This document shows, piece by piece, positions 43,730 through 57,075 of a stretch of DNA of 64,000 nt (position 1 is the first letter of the stretch; every line of letters starts with the position of its first letter). The DNA is taken from assembly GCF_009914755.1 (NCBI RefSeq), contig NC_060925.1. One strand, given 5' to 3'. The translations under genes were made by a program, and so were the position numbers. This DNA comes from the human T2T-CHM13v2.0 reference genome, Homo sapiens. The notes beneath the pieces are model-generated. The model ran no database searches. It was not told the DNA's origin and saw only the letters and a program-made list of their open reading frames with translations.

Positions 43730-43960
43730 AATGGTTAATAGTAAACTCTTTGGAGATTGACAGACCCATGCTCTGTTTCTGATTCCTCCATTTCCTAGAT
43801 GTGTGACCACTTAAATTATTTGAATAGCAGCCCCCTCACCTGCAAAATGGTGATAATAATACGCAAGTAACACAGGCACTGAACAGAAATATGATAATTT
43901 GTGTGAGAGAGTTTATGGTGCCTGGCACACATTATGTAGGCACTAAATGATAGCCCTTAG
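43730..43960 (+). mobile_element. MIR
   Basis: ctagatgtgtgacc...cctcacctgcaaaatggtgataataatac...gtgcctggcaca. Confidence 0.75.
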
Positions 43961-44052
43961 TAAAAGAAGTAATAGTGTTGTAGCAATATTCTAAAATGCT
44001 ATATTCCTAGGTATAATCAATATCCAGGACTTGAAGAATGTGTTTAGTATAT

Positions 44053-44570
44053 TTCATTCATTCATTCGGTAAATATTTACTTTCTGTATGTCCTCCTTGC
44101 TGGAGGCCCTGGACAGGCATTTACTTAACAAAACACTCCCAAATCCCTGACCTCTTGAAATGTATGTGCTAGTGGGAGCAGATAGTTTATAAACCACGGG
44201 TATAATAAATAATTAAAATATGTGGCATGTTAGAATATGATATGCACTATGAAAACAATAGAGCTGGGGAATGGTGATCGAGAGTACTGGGAAGTGCAGC
44301 CTATATACATGCCTGGTCAGAGTAGGCCTCGTTGAGAAGTCATGATTGACAAAAATGAGGAAAAGAGTCATGTGGTATTTGGATAAAGAATGCTGCAAGC
44401 AGAGAGAGTGTGAAGCACTGAGGTGGAGCATGTTTGGCTTATAACCAAGGCAGTAAGGAGGCTGGTGTACATGGAGGAGAGTAAGCAAGGGTTTTGAAAA
44501 AGGGTTGCAGATAAGTCTTGGAGATGCAGCATGGGTAGAAACCCACAGGGGTCCACGGACCATAATTTCA
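44053..44570 (-). mobile_element. L2 3' region
   Basis: ttcattcattcattcggtaaatattta...ggtcagagtaggcctc...gagcatgtttggc. Confidence 0.8.
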
Positions 44571-47500
44571 ACTGTTGATCTTGTTTAATAAAACTGGATG
44601 AGAGCAGAGCTTAAATCCAGCTCTGCAGAGTGGTCTAAAGATTCAGAGAGCATTTCACAGAAGATTGTCAACTCTGTAGTATAAATTGTGGGCTAACCTT
44701 AAGCCGGTTCTTACACAGATCTGGAAAGCTTTCTCATAATTTTAATGGATTTTTGTTTATGTCATGGCCAGAAGATTTAGCCTCTGTCCATTGTCAACAT
44801 TTATGTAGCAATGTTAAAAACATATTCACATACATTATAAAGTTAAATGAATGAAAAATAAAACAAAATTGGCCTATGTTTTCTCAGAAGTCATGCATTT
44901 TGGCTCAAAGCTGAAGGTTGGATTATTTTGTGAGGTTAGTCAGTAAGTTAAATTTAGAACTAGAATTTTGTGAATGAATCCCAAGGCTGTGTTGGAAGTC
45001 TTGAAGATGTGAGAGAAATGTGCCTGAAGTCTATTCATTTGCTAAAGTAGATGTCATTGCAAGGAAATGAAAAACAAAGAAAAAATGAATCCCCAGAAAT
45101 TATGTAATCTGCGTTATACATGTTATCTATCATTTGTGCTTGTATTTCAAAGTCAAATTTCAATAATGCTTTAGTAACAATATACTAAAGGATTCCTTCA
45201 TTTTTCAGTGTCATACTTTTTTAAAAAGAGGTTTTTAATATGAGAGGAAATTTTAACTAGTGAACTAATTATTTTAATTTGATATAATTTTTCTCATTTG
45301 CATTTTTGACAATTATTTATGACTATTGATAATTAGAGGTTGTATGTCTTTCAGAATACTGTAAACAGCAGCATAGACATTAGCTGAATCATTAATTTCA
45401 ACTGAGGATGAAACATTTTATACTTTTGACCTTTTATAAAATATTCTTCTATTTGAAGCAATTGCTTGTCAAAATCATAGCTATTTGCCCAATTGGTATC
45501 TGGCATCGCAAATGAGCTCTTGACTTATATATAGCACATTTAAATTCTAAGTATTTGGTGGTAACCATTGAAAATCATCCTCATAAATCAAACTTCATTG
45601 GCTTTGTATATTTTAAATGGAGTCATAGAGCACATTGTAAATAATAAATTGTTATTACATTCTAGTGAAAAATCCTGTGCTTTTCAGCATGCTTAATTAT
45701 TACATCTTTTACCATAGCTAAAGGTGGAAAACTTACTTTATTCTCCAAAGACAAGACAATAAAATAGAGGCAGATAAAAGTAGATTCAAATTATTCAAAA
45801 TAATATTATACAAATATAATATTAACAACTTAAAATGATCCAACAGTACCGTTTGCCTTTTCCTTAAACCAAATTTAATGTCTTTGGGGAAAGAAATGGT
45901 ATATATATTTAGATGATTATTTTGATGTTTCATTGGTCCTTTTGATTTAGTTTGTTAGTTTAGTCAGTAGTGCTGTGAGCTGTGTCTAACTCTAACTATT
46001 AATGAATTTTCTTATTCATAGGTGAGTCTTGCATATCTGATGAATCCACCAGTAAAAGTACCACTGCTGAAATCACGCAAATATATTTTTTTAGACCTTA
46101 TCAACCTTGGCATGGAATTAGATGAGCAAAAAGCTGAGTTGAATTGATGAAAAGAATCCCAAGTCATTAATTACTAATGATGGAGCTTGTAAAGTACAGC
46201 ATCACTGGGGAAAGCAACTGACTTTCCTCATACACATTATATTTTTATCTGAATTTCAATACTGCTTAAATATGTACTTCATTCCAGGGCACAACTAAAA
46301 TAGAAGGGCACCTGCTAAGTCAGAGCCATAAAACAGATCTACAGCCTGCTGGCATGTGAAATTTCTCTAATTTATATTTTTTATGAAACTACCCTCACAT
46401 TATGTGGTTGGCAGCATAAATAATAAAGCATGTTACTGAAGCAATTTTACATTTACTGTATTAGTAAGTAAATGCAATGGCCACTCTTATTCTCAAATAA
46501 AAACTACCCAGCCTTTTCATGAAAGATGTTTGCAATTTCCATTGGCCTGTATATGCAATAAAAAGCCATAACTCATCAAAATTTCAGCTATTTTCTCTTA
46601 AGATAGAAGAGCATTTTGCTTGAACATTGAACGTGATATTAAATATTCAAGAAACTGAATAGAGTTTAAGTACTAAGTAAAACTCTCAAATTCTTTTCAA
46701 CTAGATTGAAAATCTGTTTGAACCAGGTAAAAACTGCCGCTAACCTGAAGAGGTGTTCAAAAACATCGTAAAGAGGTTGTACAATATGTTCAAAGTGCTA
46801 TAGTTATTTGGGATTGATTTTTCTGAAAAGCTTGTTCCTCCTTTGAAATTGATTCATGATAACAGCCTCCATTTGGGTCAAACAGTATTTAACCGCTTGT
46901 AAATTTTAATTAAATGATTTGTCACTTTGAACACATAGTTTGTCATCTTGCAACTAAACGATGTGTCTTTATCAGAAAATTACTCAGAGGGAAGGCATTT
47001 ATCTAATTTGTCACTTGGACACCCATTAAGATAATTTGGTTGTTGCATAGGGATAAAATTGAAATTTGTAAAATAGAGCGCACCACTTTTAGTAAGCAGG
47101 ATCACACTGTAAACTATTAAAAAAACATAATTTGCTCTGTAATTAAATTCTAATAAGGACTTTACTTCTGGTCATTTTTCATTAACAGATGTTTAACTTT
47201 TTGAGAAAAGAAAATCTTCCAGCTGAATTTAGTATCTACAGGAAAATAGGGGGCTGCAAATGAAAAGCAATAAGCTGAATTAGGATTATCTTGGGGAAAA
47301 AGCCCTTTCATCAGAAGCACTTATATCATCTCAGACCCAGCTGAGACCTTGTCTGCAGCCTGGTTAATACCATCAGAGATAGCTTGGGACAGAGTGAAAG
47401 GGACAACTTATGAATTACTGAGGAAATAGCAGAGATCATAGATCTTTCTCTAAAGAAGGGTATATCTGGTGAAAATGTAGATATTAAAATACATTAATTT

Positions 47501-49113
47501 TTGTGTCCCCAAATTATTAAAAAGGTAGTATGTCTCTGAGAGGCTTAAGTCAAGCATGCTAAGTTAATTCAGTAATCACTGTATACAAAAGTAGAGTTGA
47601 TCTTTTTCCACACTGAAATAGTGGTGACTATCCTTTGTTAATATAACCCAACAAAGAGCAGATATGTTAACCAAAATTACAAAATATGGACACATGTAAT
47701 TTTATTTTTAAACTGAAAAGTAAAGTCTTTTTAGTCTTCCTACTCTCAGATAGTCCTGAAAGGCTTGGCCATATCAAATGTTTGTGTGAAATAAAGGGAC
47801 TGTGGTCCTTATTGGTCATATCTTTTTTCCAACCAAGGTCTAAGTTTCTTGAAGTCAAGGGCCAAACATTAGATGTTAGTGTTCTTCTGTAGGGTCTATA
47901 TACTCAGAATGCATCAGCATCACCTGGGCAGCTTTCGAAGCATTCTGAGGCCCAGACCCTATCTTTTTTTTTCCTACTATCGAAGTTATTTATTTTTTGC
48001 ATGTTTATTACAGATACTGACTTCACAAAATGCAACCCTTTGTATGTGTTTTAGGTACTTTGTAGCTTAAGGAGTGGTCATTGATAATATGCCTCTCGAT
48101 GTTGATGTTTTATGTGAATGACATGAAACGCTATTAGGCTAGGACATTCCTAAAAGAGTTTTCATAAAACACTAATATAAACAAAGAAAATTTAGCATCC
48201 TCCTTCTTTAATGATATTTATGAATTATATACCTGTTTTTAGAGAGAATGTAACTTAAGGATATATCTCTTCAATGTATGTTCAGACTTCATATGACTAC
48301 TGCTACAGAGAGAGTTTTTGAGAGATGAGTGCTTTTACTGCCTGATCCTTGTCAATTTTATGTGCAGGTTCAACTGTTCTGTAGTAGGGCCAGGCCTTGG
48401 TATTTTTGCATTCTATTTTGCAGCCAGGGTTAAGAAGCATTGAACTAACACAGGCAGTGTTCAAACAATGTGTAACAAAAGGTGCAAATGTCATACAAGT
48501 TGCGAGAAGGATCTGCTTCTGTTAGAAGAACCAGCTATAGTCATTCAGATTTAAAATTCAACATCCTGAATTTCTTTCTAACTGATATACTTTAACTTTC
48601 CCTCACGCTACCACTACCAACCCACCCAGCTGTTTATTTTTCTTTGATTTCCCTTTTGCTTCTCTCCTCATTTTGTTTAACATATTCAGGCACATTTACT
48701 AATTGCTATTGCTAACAACTTCCCAGCTAATGCTGTTTTCTGTCTATCAGGTATCTTTTTATTCCATTCATAAATGCTGGAAAAATCTTTATAAAACACA
48801 ATTCTCATCAAGTTATATTCCTGCTCAAGAATCAATTCCTACACAGCTTACTAGCTATATTAATGTGATATTACTATTCCATTGTCTTTATTAACGTAAG
48901 AAGACTCTTGCACAATAAATAAATTAGATATATTGTTCATTACAGGAACACATCAGCTCTTCAGTAAAACATCAATGGTTTATGTCCTAAGACTTTTTGA
49001 ACTCCTCATCTCGAAATCCTCAAAATATTCTCTTGCTATGTTCACCAATCTTAAATTATTATATTGTGATTCTTAACTAATTCTAACCAAGTCCCACATT
49101 TAAAGATGCACCT

Positions 49114-49405
49114 TGGCTCACGCCTGTAATCCCAGCACTTTGAGAGGCCTTGGCAGCCAGATCACCTGAGGTTGGGAGTTCAAAACTAGCCTGGCCGACA
49201 TGGTGAAACCCCATCTCTACTAAAAATACAAAAATCAGCCAGGTGTGGTAACACCTGCCTGTAGTCCCAGTTACTCAGGAGGCTGAGGCCAGAGAATCAT
49301 TTGAACCCAGGAAGCAGAAGATGCAGTAAGCCACAGGACTCCAGCCTGGGCGACAGAGTGAGACTCTGTCTAAAACAAAACAAAACAAAACAACAACAAC
49401 AAAAA
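49114..49405 (+). mobile_element. AluS, slightly 5'-truncated, with small right-arm deletion and (CAAAA)/(CAA) tail
   Basis: Begins tggctcacgcc; TSD aaaga(t/c)g(c/t)ac(c/t)t at 49102-49113 and 49406-49417. Confidence 0.93.
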
Positions 49406-51200
49406 AAAGACGTACTTTTAATCAAATGTTAGGTGCTCAATAAAATCTGACCTTAACTTCCCTGCCCAAAACAATACCAAATCAGTTAAGGCAGTCTCCT
49501 ATGTTACCCAGAAAAGCCACAGACTCAGCACTGTCTTGATCAACAGATTGTGTCAGTGACGTTTGAGGAGCCAGTATTCCACAGTCCCTTCTTCACAACA
49601 GAACAACGTCCTGGTATTCCTTCTCAGTCTGGCATTCCTGACCTTCCAGAGGCTGAACCCAGCTGTCTTTCTTATCTTATTCTCTATTCTTCCCTTTTAC
49701 CTCCCCTGTGTTCCAGACTTTCTGGGCAAACTTCTAATCTCTGCAGTTATCAAAAGTCTTCTGATCACATGTTGTTCTCTCATACTGAAATCCCCTTTCA
49801 GTTTAGTTTTCACTAGAACCAACATTTATGGGAAATATACAACTAAACATTTGAGATTGGATGATCTCTACGATCTCTTTGAGTCTTTTTACTTTAAGAT
49901 CTATCATTGAGTCTGTACAGGCAGTGATAGAAATAGTAAGAGATGGAAGGGATATTGGCTAACATAATGGAACGGTATTGATTGAAATAGAAATATGTCT
50001 ACTACAAAATTGTCTGACTGGCTATCATTTTTTCCTAATTTGGAGATATTTACAAACTTGAATTTTCACTTGTACCTTTCTTCCACTATTTATTGATAGG
50101 CCTGCCTAAATACAGCCTTACTGAAATCTCGATATATGAACTTTTTGATTCTCCACCCTCCAGGATCATGATTTTGGTGTAAAAGATGAAATTCAATTGG
50201 GCTACTGGGACTTGTGTCTCATAAAGACATATTGATTTTTTCTTAGTACTCCAAGATATTTTAGGGACTTGAAAATTGGAAGCAACTTGATTTATCTACA
50301 GCTCCATTATCTTTCCAGGCACTGGAACCAGCTGACTGATCTATGGAAGTTCCCTTGGTCTCCATTTGTTTAGAAAAGGTGATGCATCAGAAACCTTTCC
50401 TTACACTGTATGATAGATGGGTGGTGGGAAACAAAATCTACTTTTGCTCCATTCTGATACATGAGAAGAGAGTATGTTTATATTCTCTCAGTGAGAATTC
50501 AGACCCAGGTATCACTTAGACTTCCATTCAATAAAGTAAAAAGAAATTATAAAACATAAATAGGCAGAAATAAAATTAAAAGTATACATATAAAATATTA
50601 TATAAAACGTAAATATACAATAATTGGATGTTCTAACACTGAAAAATTAAAAGATTAAAGATGGGATAAAGTTAACTATGAAACAATGGGACAGAAAAAA
50701 GTGAACCATGAGAGAAATTCAGAGCGAAAGTGATAAAATAATTTTAAAAATGTATGTATCTGAATATATGTGTAGTTAAGAAAAACAGAGGGTAGTTTTA
50801 AAGGCTTTAGCACTTGTCTAAAAGAAATTTCACCAGAAGAAAATGGAATAACAGGAAAGTAATACCTGATAAGATAACAGTTGAGACTTTCCCAGAATTA
50901 AACATATAAGTACTAAGATTGAAAGTGCACATTCAATACCAGTCAGAATAAATGAAATTAAATACTTACATATCTTATAACATTGTAATGAACTTGCAAA
51001 GAAGTATAAGAAGAAGATCTTAAAAGCTAACAGAAATAGGGCATGGATTACCTAAAAGGGAACAACAATTAGAATGACAGCAAATTTCTCATTAGCAACT
51101 AGTGGATGTCAGAAGATAATGAAATTATAGCTTCAAAGTACTGAGGGAAAAATCAACCAGTGAACCTGTCAACCCAGAATTCTACATATCATAAAACAAC

Positions 51201-51803
51201 TGGGAGTAAAAGAGTTAACACTATACCTGCAACTTGATCTTTTTTATGGAGGCCATCCAGGGAAAATGAATGACCCTCGGTGTACTTCCTTATAACCATG
51301 CCAAAGACCTTCAACAGACCTCTATGCAGTATAAAAATAGTATTTACTACAGATAGGGAGTTTTTATTGAGAACATATATTTTGTAGGATATATTTGTTG
51401 TAACTAGATTTCTTATTTTCAATGAACCTGGACCTTATGGATGTACGGGGCATGGCTTTTTGGAGAATGGGGAGCAGTGGGTGGTAGTCATCAAAATATT
51501 CCCTTATCCCTGTAATTATAAGAGTATAAAACAAAAGAGCTCCAAATTCCTAATGGCTTCCTTTGTGACTAGTGTGCATATATTGCTTAATACTATTCTG
51601 TGTGTCAGAAATGAAAACACATCCGAAAGTAAGAAAAAAAAATTTTGGAAGCTGCATTTGGTCTTTAGTTCCTGCTGGAAATAGATGTCTTGCCTGAGCC
51701 TGCTGCTTGCCTGTACCTTTTGAATCATTAATAAAGTTTGGCACTGGGTAAGATCTATAATGTGCAGAAGTGCTCTTTGACTGTTCAACCCATTGGGTTA
51801 ACA
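51201..51803 (+). mobile_element. Solo LTR, ERV1-type, family not assigned
   Basis: 603 bp, TG...CA ends, exact 4-bp TSD CAAC (51197-51200, 51804-51807), TATAAA at 51525, AATAAA at 51730; cleanly interrupts L1 ORF1. Confidence 0.75.
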
Positions 51804-52018
51804 CAACTATCATTCAAAAATCCTGGACAAATTTCCAGGCATACCTAGGGTAAGAAAGTTTGTCACCCACAGACTTGCACTGAAAGAAACTAAAAATATT
51901 TATTAACAGAAAGAAAAGTGAACCCAGAGGGAAGGTGAAAGAAACAATGGAGAACACAGAAAGTGGTTTATTTTCATAAAGTTAATTAACCATGGAATAA
52001 ATAAAGAAAACAGGAAAA

Positions 52019-52046
52019 TGTGTGTGTGTGTGTGTGTGTGTGTGTG
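52019..52046. repeat. (TG)14 microsatellite
   Basis: Seen directly. Confidence 0.95.
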
Positions 52047-52127
52047 ATTAAAACGGCAAAATATAAATTTAAAACAGCATGAGGAAGACTGTGTCTATGT
52101 GTGACAATGAGAGAAGAAATTGTTCAG

Positions 52128-52252
52128 GGCCAGGAGGGGTGGCTCACGCCTGTAATACCAGCACTTTTGGGAGGTCGAGGTGGGTGGATCATTTGAGGTC
52201 AGGAGTTCGAGATGAGCCTGGCCAACATGGCAAAACCCCATCTCTACTAACA

Positions 52253-52301
<49 letters not shown>

Positions 52302-52490
52302 TAGCCAGGCGTGGTGGCAGGTGCCTATAATCCCAGCTACTTGGGAGGCTGAGGCAGGAAAATTGCTTGAATATGGTAGGCAGAGGTTGCAGTGAGCCAA
52401 ATTGTACCATTGTACCATTGCACTCAAGCCTGGGTGGTGGAGCGAGACTCTATCTCAAAAAAAAAAAAAAAAAAAACAAAAAAACAAAAC
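52128..52490 (+). mobile_element. AluS with (AC)22 microsatellite in the central linker (52255-52298)
   Basis: Both arms present; the A5TACA6 linker is expanded to an AC repeat; 8-bp ttgtacca duplication in the right arm. Confidence 0.95.
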
Positions 52491-54113
52491 CAGAATAAAT
52501 AAACCATACTAGGTTTTCCATCTTGCTTGGGAAGAGGTTACTGAATATACTTATTTAAACTTTGTTAGAAATATTTGTAGTTAACATTGCATGCTCAAAC
52601 GTAAGATAAACCACTAAAAGAACAGAAATATGAAATCTATAGCTTCCACATTAACAGAGAAAATATTTGAAATTAAAAGTTAGGAATTCAACAAGGGTCA
52701 GGTAAGAAATAAACAGAAAAGAACATGTAAAATTTAAAAACACAGCATCTATCTTAAAATACATATTCTTTATGGGTACATATAAACATGGTTAGAAAAA
52801 ATACAACCTAAATTCAGGATGGGAGGGTGTAGGAGACTAGGATAATGGGGACTTAAACTCTACTAGAAAAAGAGACTGGAAGCAAATAATAGCAAACATT
52901 AACATTCATTAAGCCTGATTGGTGCAGATATGCATTTTACTATATTATTCATGGGCTTCTCTGAATAATTGAATAATATGCTTTTTAAAAAATGAAAGTA
53001 TATTATTTTCCATATATGGCTATTGAGTATTTGAAAAATGTGATTTAAACCCCATTGAATAATAGGCACTTCTTCAAATAAGTTAAAAGGATATTTGCAA
53101 AATATTCAAAGTTTATGTCACAAAAGATATCTCTTCCAAATAAGAAGGAAATATAAAGAATTAGTTATGTTAATCTGAGATTTTTGTGATAATAAAACAT
53201 ACTTGATATATTTGTACGCTAACAATATGTAACTGTAATTTTTTTCATGTGTGCAATAAATGTTATTAATAATATTTTCCCATTTAAAATTTGGTCAAAA
53301 TTATAGAAGTTAAAACAACAACAAAAGCCATAGCCACAATTTTAGCATATCTGAGTACAGTGTTCATTTAAAAGATTTAGAAGTAGGATGAGAGATTTCA
53401 CACATATTTGCTTAAGCCAGAATAAAACATTCCTAAGAAGGTCGTTAGGAAAAAACATTATTCTTTATTGGATTAAGGAACTAATCTCAGCTTAAAATTT
53501 AGGTCAATTAACAGCTTATATTCCTTCTTTCTCTCTGGCAAAAATTTATTATCTAACTTACTTAATTTATATTCTAATAATTTAATGCTAAATTTTATTC
53601 TCATTTTTTTCTAGAGACTATAATATCTTCAATAATTATTTATTTCATTGATGTTCACTTGTATAAAGCATTTAGCCTTGATACACAAAACTTAACTTAG
53701 ACTCCTATCATAGTAACATGTGTTTGGAGTTTATAAACTTGATTTATCTTTTGAGAATTCTGCCTAGAGATTGTGGTAAGATGGTTTTCTGATGTGGGTT
53801 TTTTCTTCCTTCTACATTTTTCTTTAAAGAACACTTAAATACTCTTAATATGTGTCATTTTTTAAAAATAAAATTAATCTCATCAATCTTTCCTGATATC
53901 AACCTGGTTTATCTAAAGAAAATATGAGTTATCTGATCATATTATAACTAAACAGCAGGAAAGAAAGAATTTGAAGACCCCACTGAAGCTTTAAAAGATT
54001 GTAGAATTATTTCTTGACTTGCATCTTTCCTTTCTACCTTCAACTGTCATTTTTGACAACAAAAATTAAAATCAATAAAATAAGCAATATATGACTATTC
54101 ACATTTTATCTGG

Positions 54114-54703
54114 TGTGTAAATAATGTAACCTTTTCCAAAGAGAGGTCTGGCCTTTGACCTTGGCTTCTGGGAGGTAATCTTGAAGTCCTGGAGTGTGAT
54201 GCTTAATAAGATAATCTTTGTTTGCCTGGGGGCCTTAGGCCAGCCAGATAGTAACGTGTGGGGTAGGAGCTTTAAGCCACAACAACCATGTGATTTAGGC
54301 TGTGGGCTTCAAGTCACAGGGTATCAGCTGGACCTCCTGAGGGTCTGAAAACAGATCAGCCATTTAGGTGACCAACTGTGTCTACATGATGGAGCCTCAA
54401 TAAAGGCTGTGGACACTGAGGTTCGGGAGAGCTTCCCTCATCTGGCAATACTCCAAGAATGTTGTTACATATTAATACTGGGACTACATGTTATATATTA
54501 ATACTGGGACCACTATGTAGACAATGGAAGCTCCATGTTTGCAACTTTCCTGGACTCTGCCCATCTTCTTTTGGCTGATTTTAATGTGTACTGTTTAGCT
54601 GCAATAAAGCATAACCAGGAGTACAACAGATTTCAATTTCTGTGAGTCCTTCTAGCAAATTGCCAAAACTGAAGATGGCTTTGGGAACATCCAAAGTTAT
54701 ACC
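54114..54703 (+). mobile_element. MER21C/MER77-group ERVL solo LTR
   Basis: gagaggtctggcctttg...ggcttctgggaggtaatc...gagagcttccct...ggcaatact...ctgtgagtccttctagcaaatt...tttgggaac. Confidence 0.85.
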
Positions 54704-56289
54704 AGGTAAAATAAAAATATTAAGGCATGCAATTATAAGTTTATATTTCTTACCATAGCTTGTCTACAAAGGAAAAGTATTGTTGATTATACACTTAATA
54801 TGTACATGGAGAAGAATATTGTCAACAAATCAATTTTAATTCTAATCAAGTATTTTGATGAATATTCCACATATTTAAAAATTGCTTAACCAGTGCAGTT
54901 TAAAGTGTTTTTAAAAAGGCAACCTTGCTTAATATTGGTAATACAAGGTAACTGGCAGATATTTCAAAGACTACTTTTATATGTGTTTTACCAGTAATTT
55001 TGTTGACTTTCACTGGAAATCCACCTTTATGGCAGAAACTCTGGCAGATGCTTTTGTTCAGCAGGGTTTTTTTTGATAACTATGTATGAAAAGCTATTTT
55101 TTCACCTTTCACAGGGACTGGTCAAAGGCTGACGTTTGCTTTTGGTGACATTGCATTAATTGTCTCCCATGAGACTGCTAGGGTGCTGAAGGCAAGTTAA
55201 CATTTCTTGACTCTCACCTCCTCCTGAGTCCATGATTCTTGCCCTCCATTAGTACTGTTTATGCCTGCAGCATGGCTGCCTGCTACCTTCTCTGCTTTGC
55301 TGGGACTTCCTCTTTCACCTTTTACTTAGTCATGTGTACTGAATTGATGAGAATAAGTGTCCAGTTGCTTTAGTTTAGTTAGCTGTGGTTGATGTTAGAT
55401 GGGCAGTGGGGTGCTTTAAAGAAAGAGTGGGTTTGTAGAAGGTAAATCTCTTGCTTGAAACTCCGTGGCCCTTTTGTTTGAGGCCTTATGTTCACTTAGT
55501 AGATTATTGCTGCTTCATTATAGTTGTTTTCTGTGTACATTTTGGCCTTTGATCTTACAAAGATCAAATTACTTACAAAGAGACTGAGCAGATATCTTAA
55601 TAGTCAGACAACAATACTTCACTCTTGGATTTTTAAAAAAAAAAATACATAAAGCTTAAAACCTGTAGGAAGCCTGAGGGAATGAGGAATAAAAAAATGC
55701 TGTGATCTTGTACTTTTCTTGTATTACTTTATCAGTGTTTTCTTTCCCAATAAGCCAAAGATTGTCTCTGTTTAATTGTTTTTTCATAGATGAATGTATA
55801 TCTTTTTCCCAAGATGAATATATGTCTTTCTCTTTTGTCCCATTTTACTTTGCTCTGTAGGAAATGACACTCCCTCATACCATTGATTTTGCTATTAAAA
55901 GACACAGTTACTGGTGTGTCTGTGTACACATGTGTATCGAATAAAAATACTAGGACTGTTCTAAAATAGGTAAATGCTAAACATAGTATTCTCTTGATTA
56001 AAATCCTTCAAAATCCCCAATAGCAAGTGCAAAACTTCAGATCCTTGGCATGAAATTTAAGGCATTTTATGGTCTGGCACAGACCCGCTTTTCCAGCCTC
56101 ATGAGAAGCAGTTCACAGTCACAATAATTATTTGTGAATACACTGACACTCTCCACTATCATACAAAACAACATTTTTTGTAGTTGATAGGTTAAGACCT
56201 TGAAAAGGATTTTTCTTTCCTTTGGCCTTCTTAGTGGCCGTCTCTTTCTCCATTGCCCACAACATCTTGATATTTTTATTTGGACCCTG

Positions 56290-56765
56290 CACTCTTCTGT
56301 TCTTAGTTTGGGTAGGAATGGTCCCCTGCCTGACTTAACACATCAGCATATCCTATTCCTCTGGACATAGTAAATAGTTAATGAACTAAATTTAGGTCAC
56401 AGAATGAAAGCAAGTCCCACAATATCTGTAGGAGAATCTAGAAGCAATACTCTTCCCCTCTTGCTTTCCCCCAATGGTACTGTGCCAGAATGGGAGGCCT
56501 GTAACTGGGTTATTATTTTGCTACTATGGAGACAGAATTAGAGTTTTGGTGTGTTAGTAGTGGTGCCTGAGATGAAGCTGATACCATGGATGATAGATAG
56601 GGAAAAAAAAATCTTTCAGTGACACATAGAGTGACACTGTATGAGCAGTTAGATCAAACCTCACCTGAATCCAGTGCCTCTGGTCTATGCAGTTACACAG
56701 ACAATATATTCCTTTTCTTAGGCCATTTTAAGATTTCATCTGACACTTAAGTGTATAGTTATTAC
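56290..56765 (+). mobile_element. Old MLT1 (K/L-like) LTR
   Basis: gcctgagatgaagctgatacc...gatcaaacctcacctgaa...cagttaca...aatatattccttttc. Confidence 0.6.
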
Positions 56766-57075
56766 AGTCTCACAAACCACTGCTTAAAATTTATACAATG
56801 TGCAACATAAGTTACTTTATTAATAAAATGTTTTTTTCCATATGAAATAGGCAGAAATGAACATTTCACTTTACCATTACAGAAATAGCATAAAGAACCT
56901 CACCAGTCTTTATGAATTTACAAATCTTAACTTATCCCAAGGGCTGATTAGCTGTGCTCATCAGTCGACGCAGCACTAATGTTTTTCATTGTGCTTTTTT
57001 GGCGGCCTGGATTCGTTTCCTACTGACTTATTCTTGTCTATTCCTTGCTTCACCTGCTGCATCTCTCTTACTCAC

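Larger units (their letters stand above)
50620..52740 (+). mobile_element. Old L1 (L1ME-like) ORF1/inter-ORF relic, interrupted by an LTR and an Alu
   Basis: ttcccagaatt, gaagatcttaaaagc, attagaatgacagcaaatttctca and caacccagaattctacat (QPRIL), resuming with aactatcattcaaaa after 51803. Confidence 0.75.

Noticed and set aside
45360-45390. AGCAGCA miR-15/107-family seed-like word
   Set aside because: The rest does not match any family member I know, and there is no precursor hairpin.
46022-46147. Plus-strand acceptor followed by a 41-codon open frame
   Set aside because: No homology recognised and no other plus-strand coding exons; consistent with chance.
51201-51803. piggyBac interpretation suggested by TTAA near both ends and GGGTTAA at the right
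   Set aside because: No matching TTAACCC left TIR; TG...CA ends with a CAAC TSD fit an LTR better.
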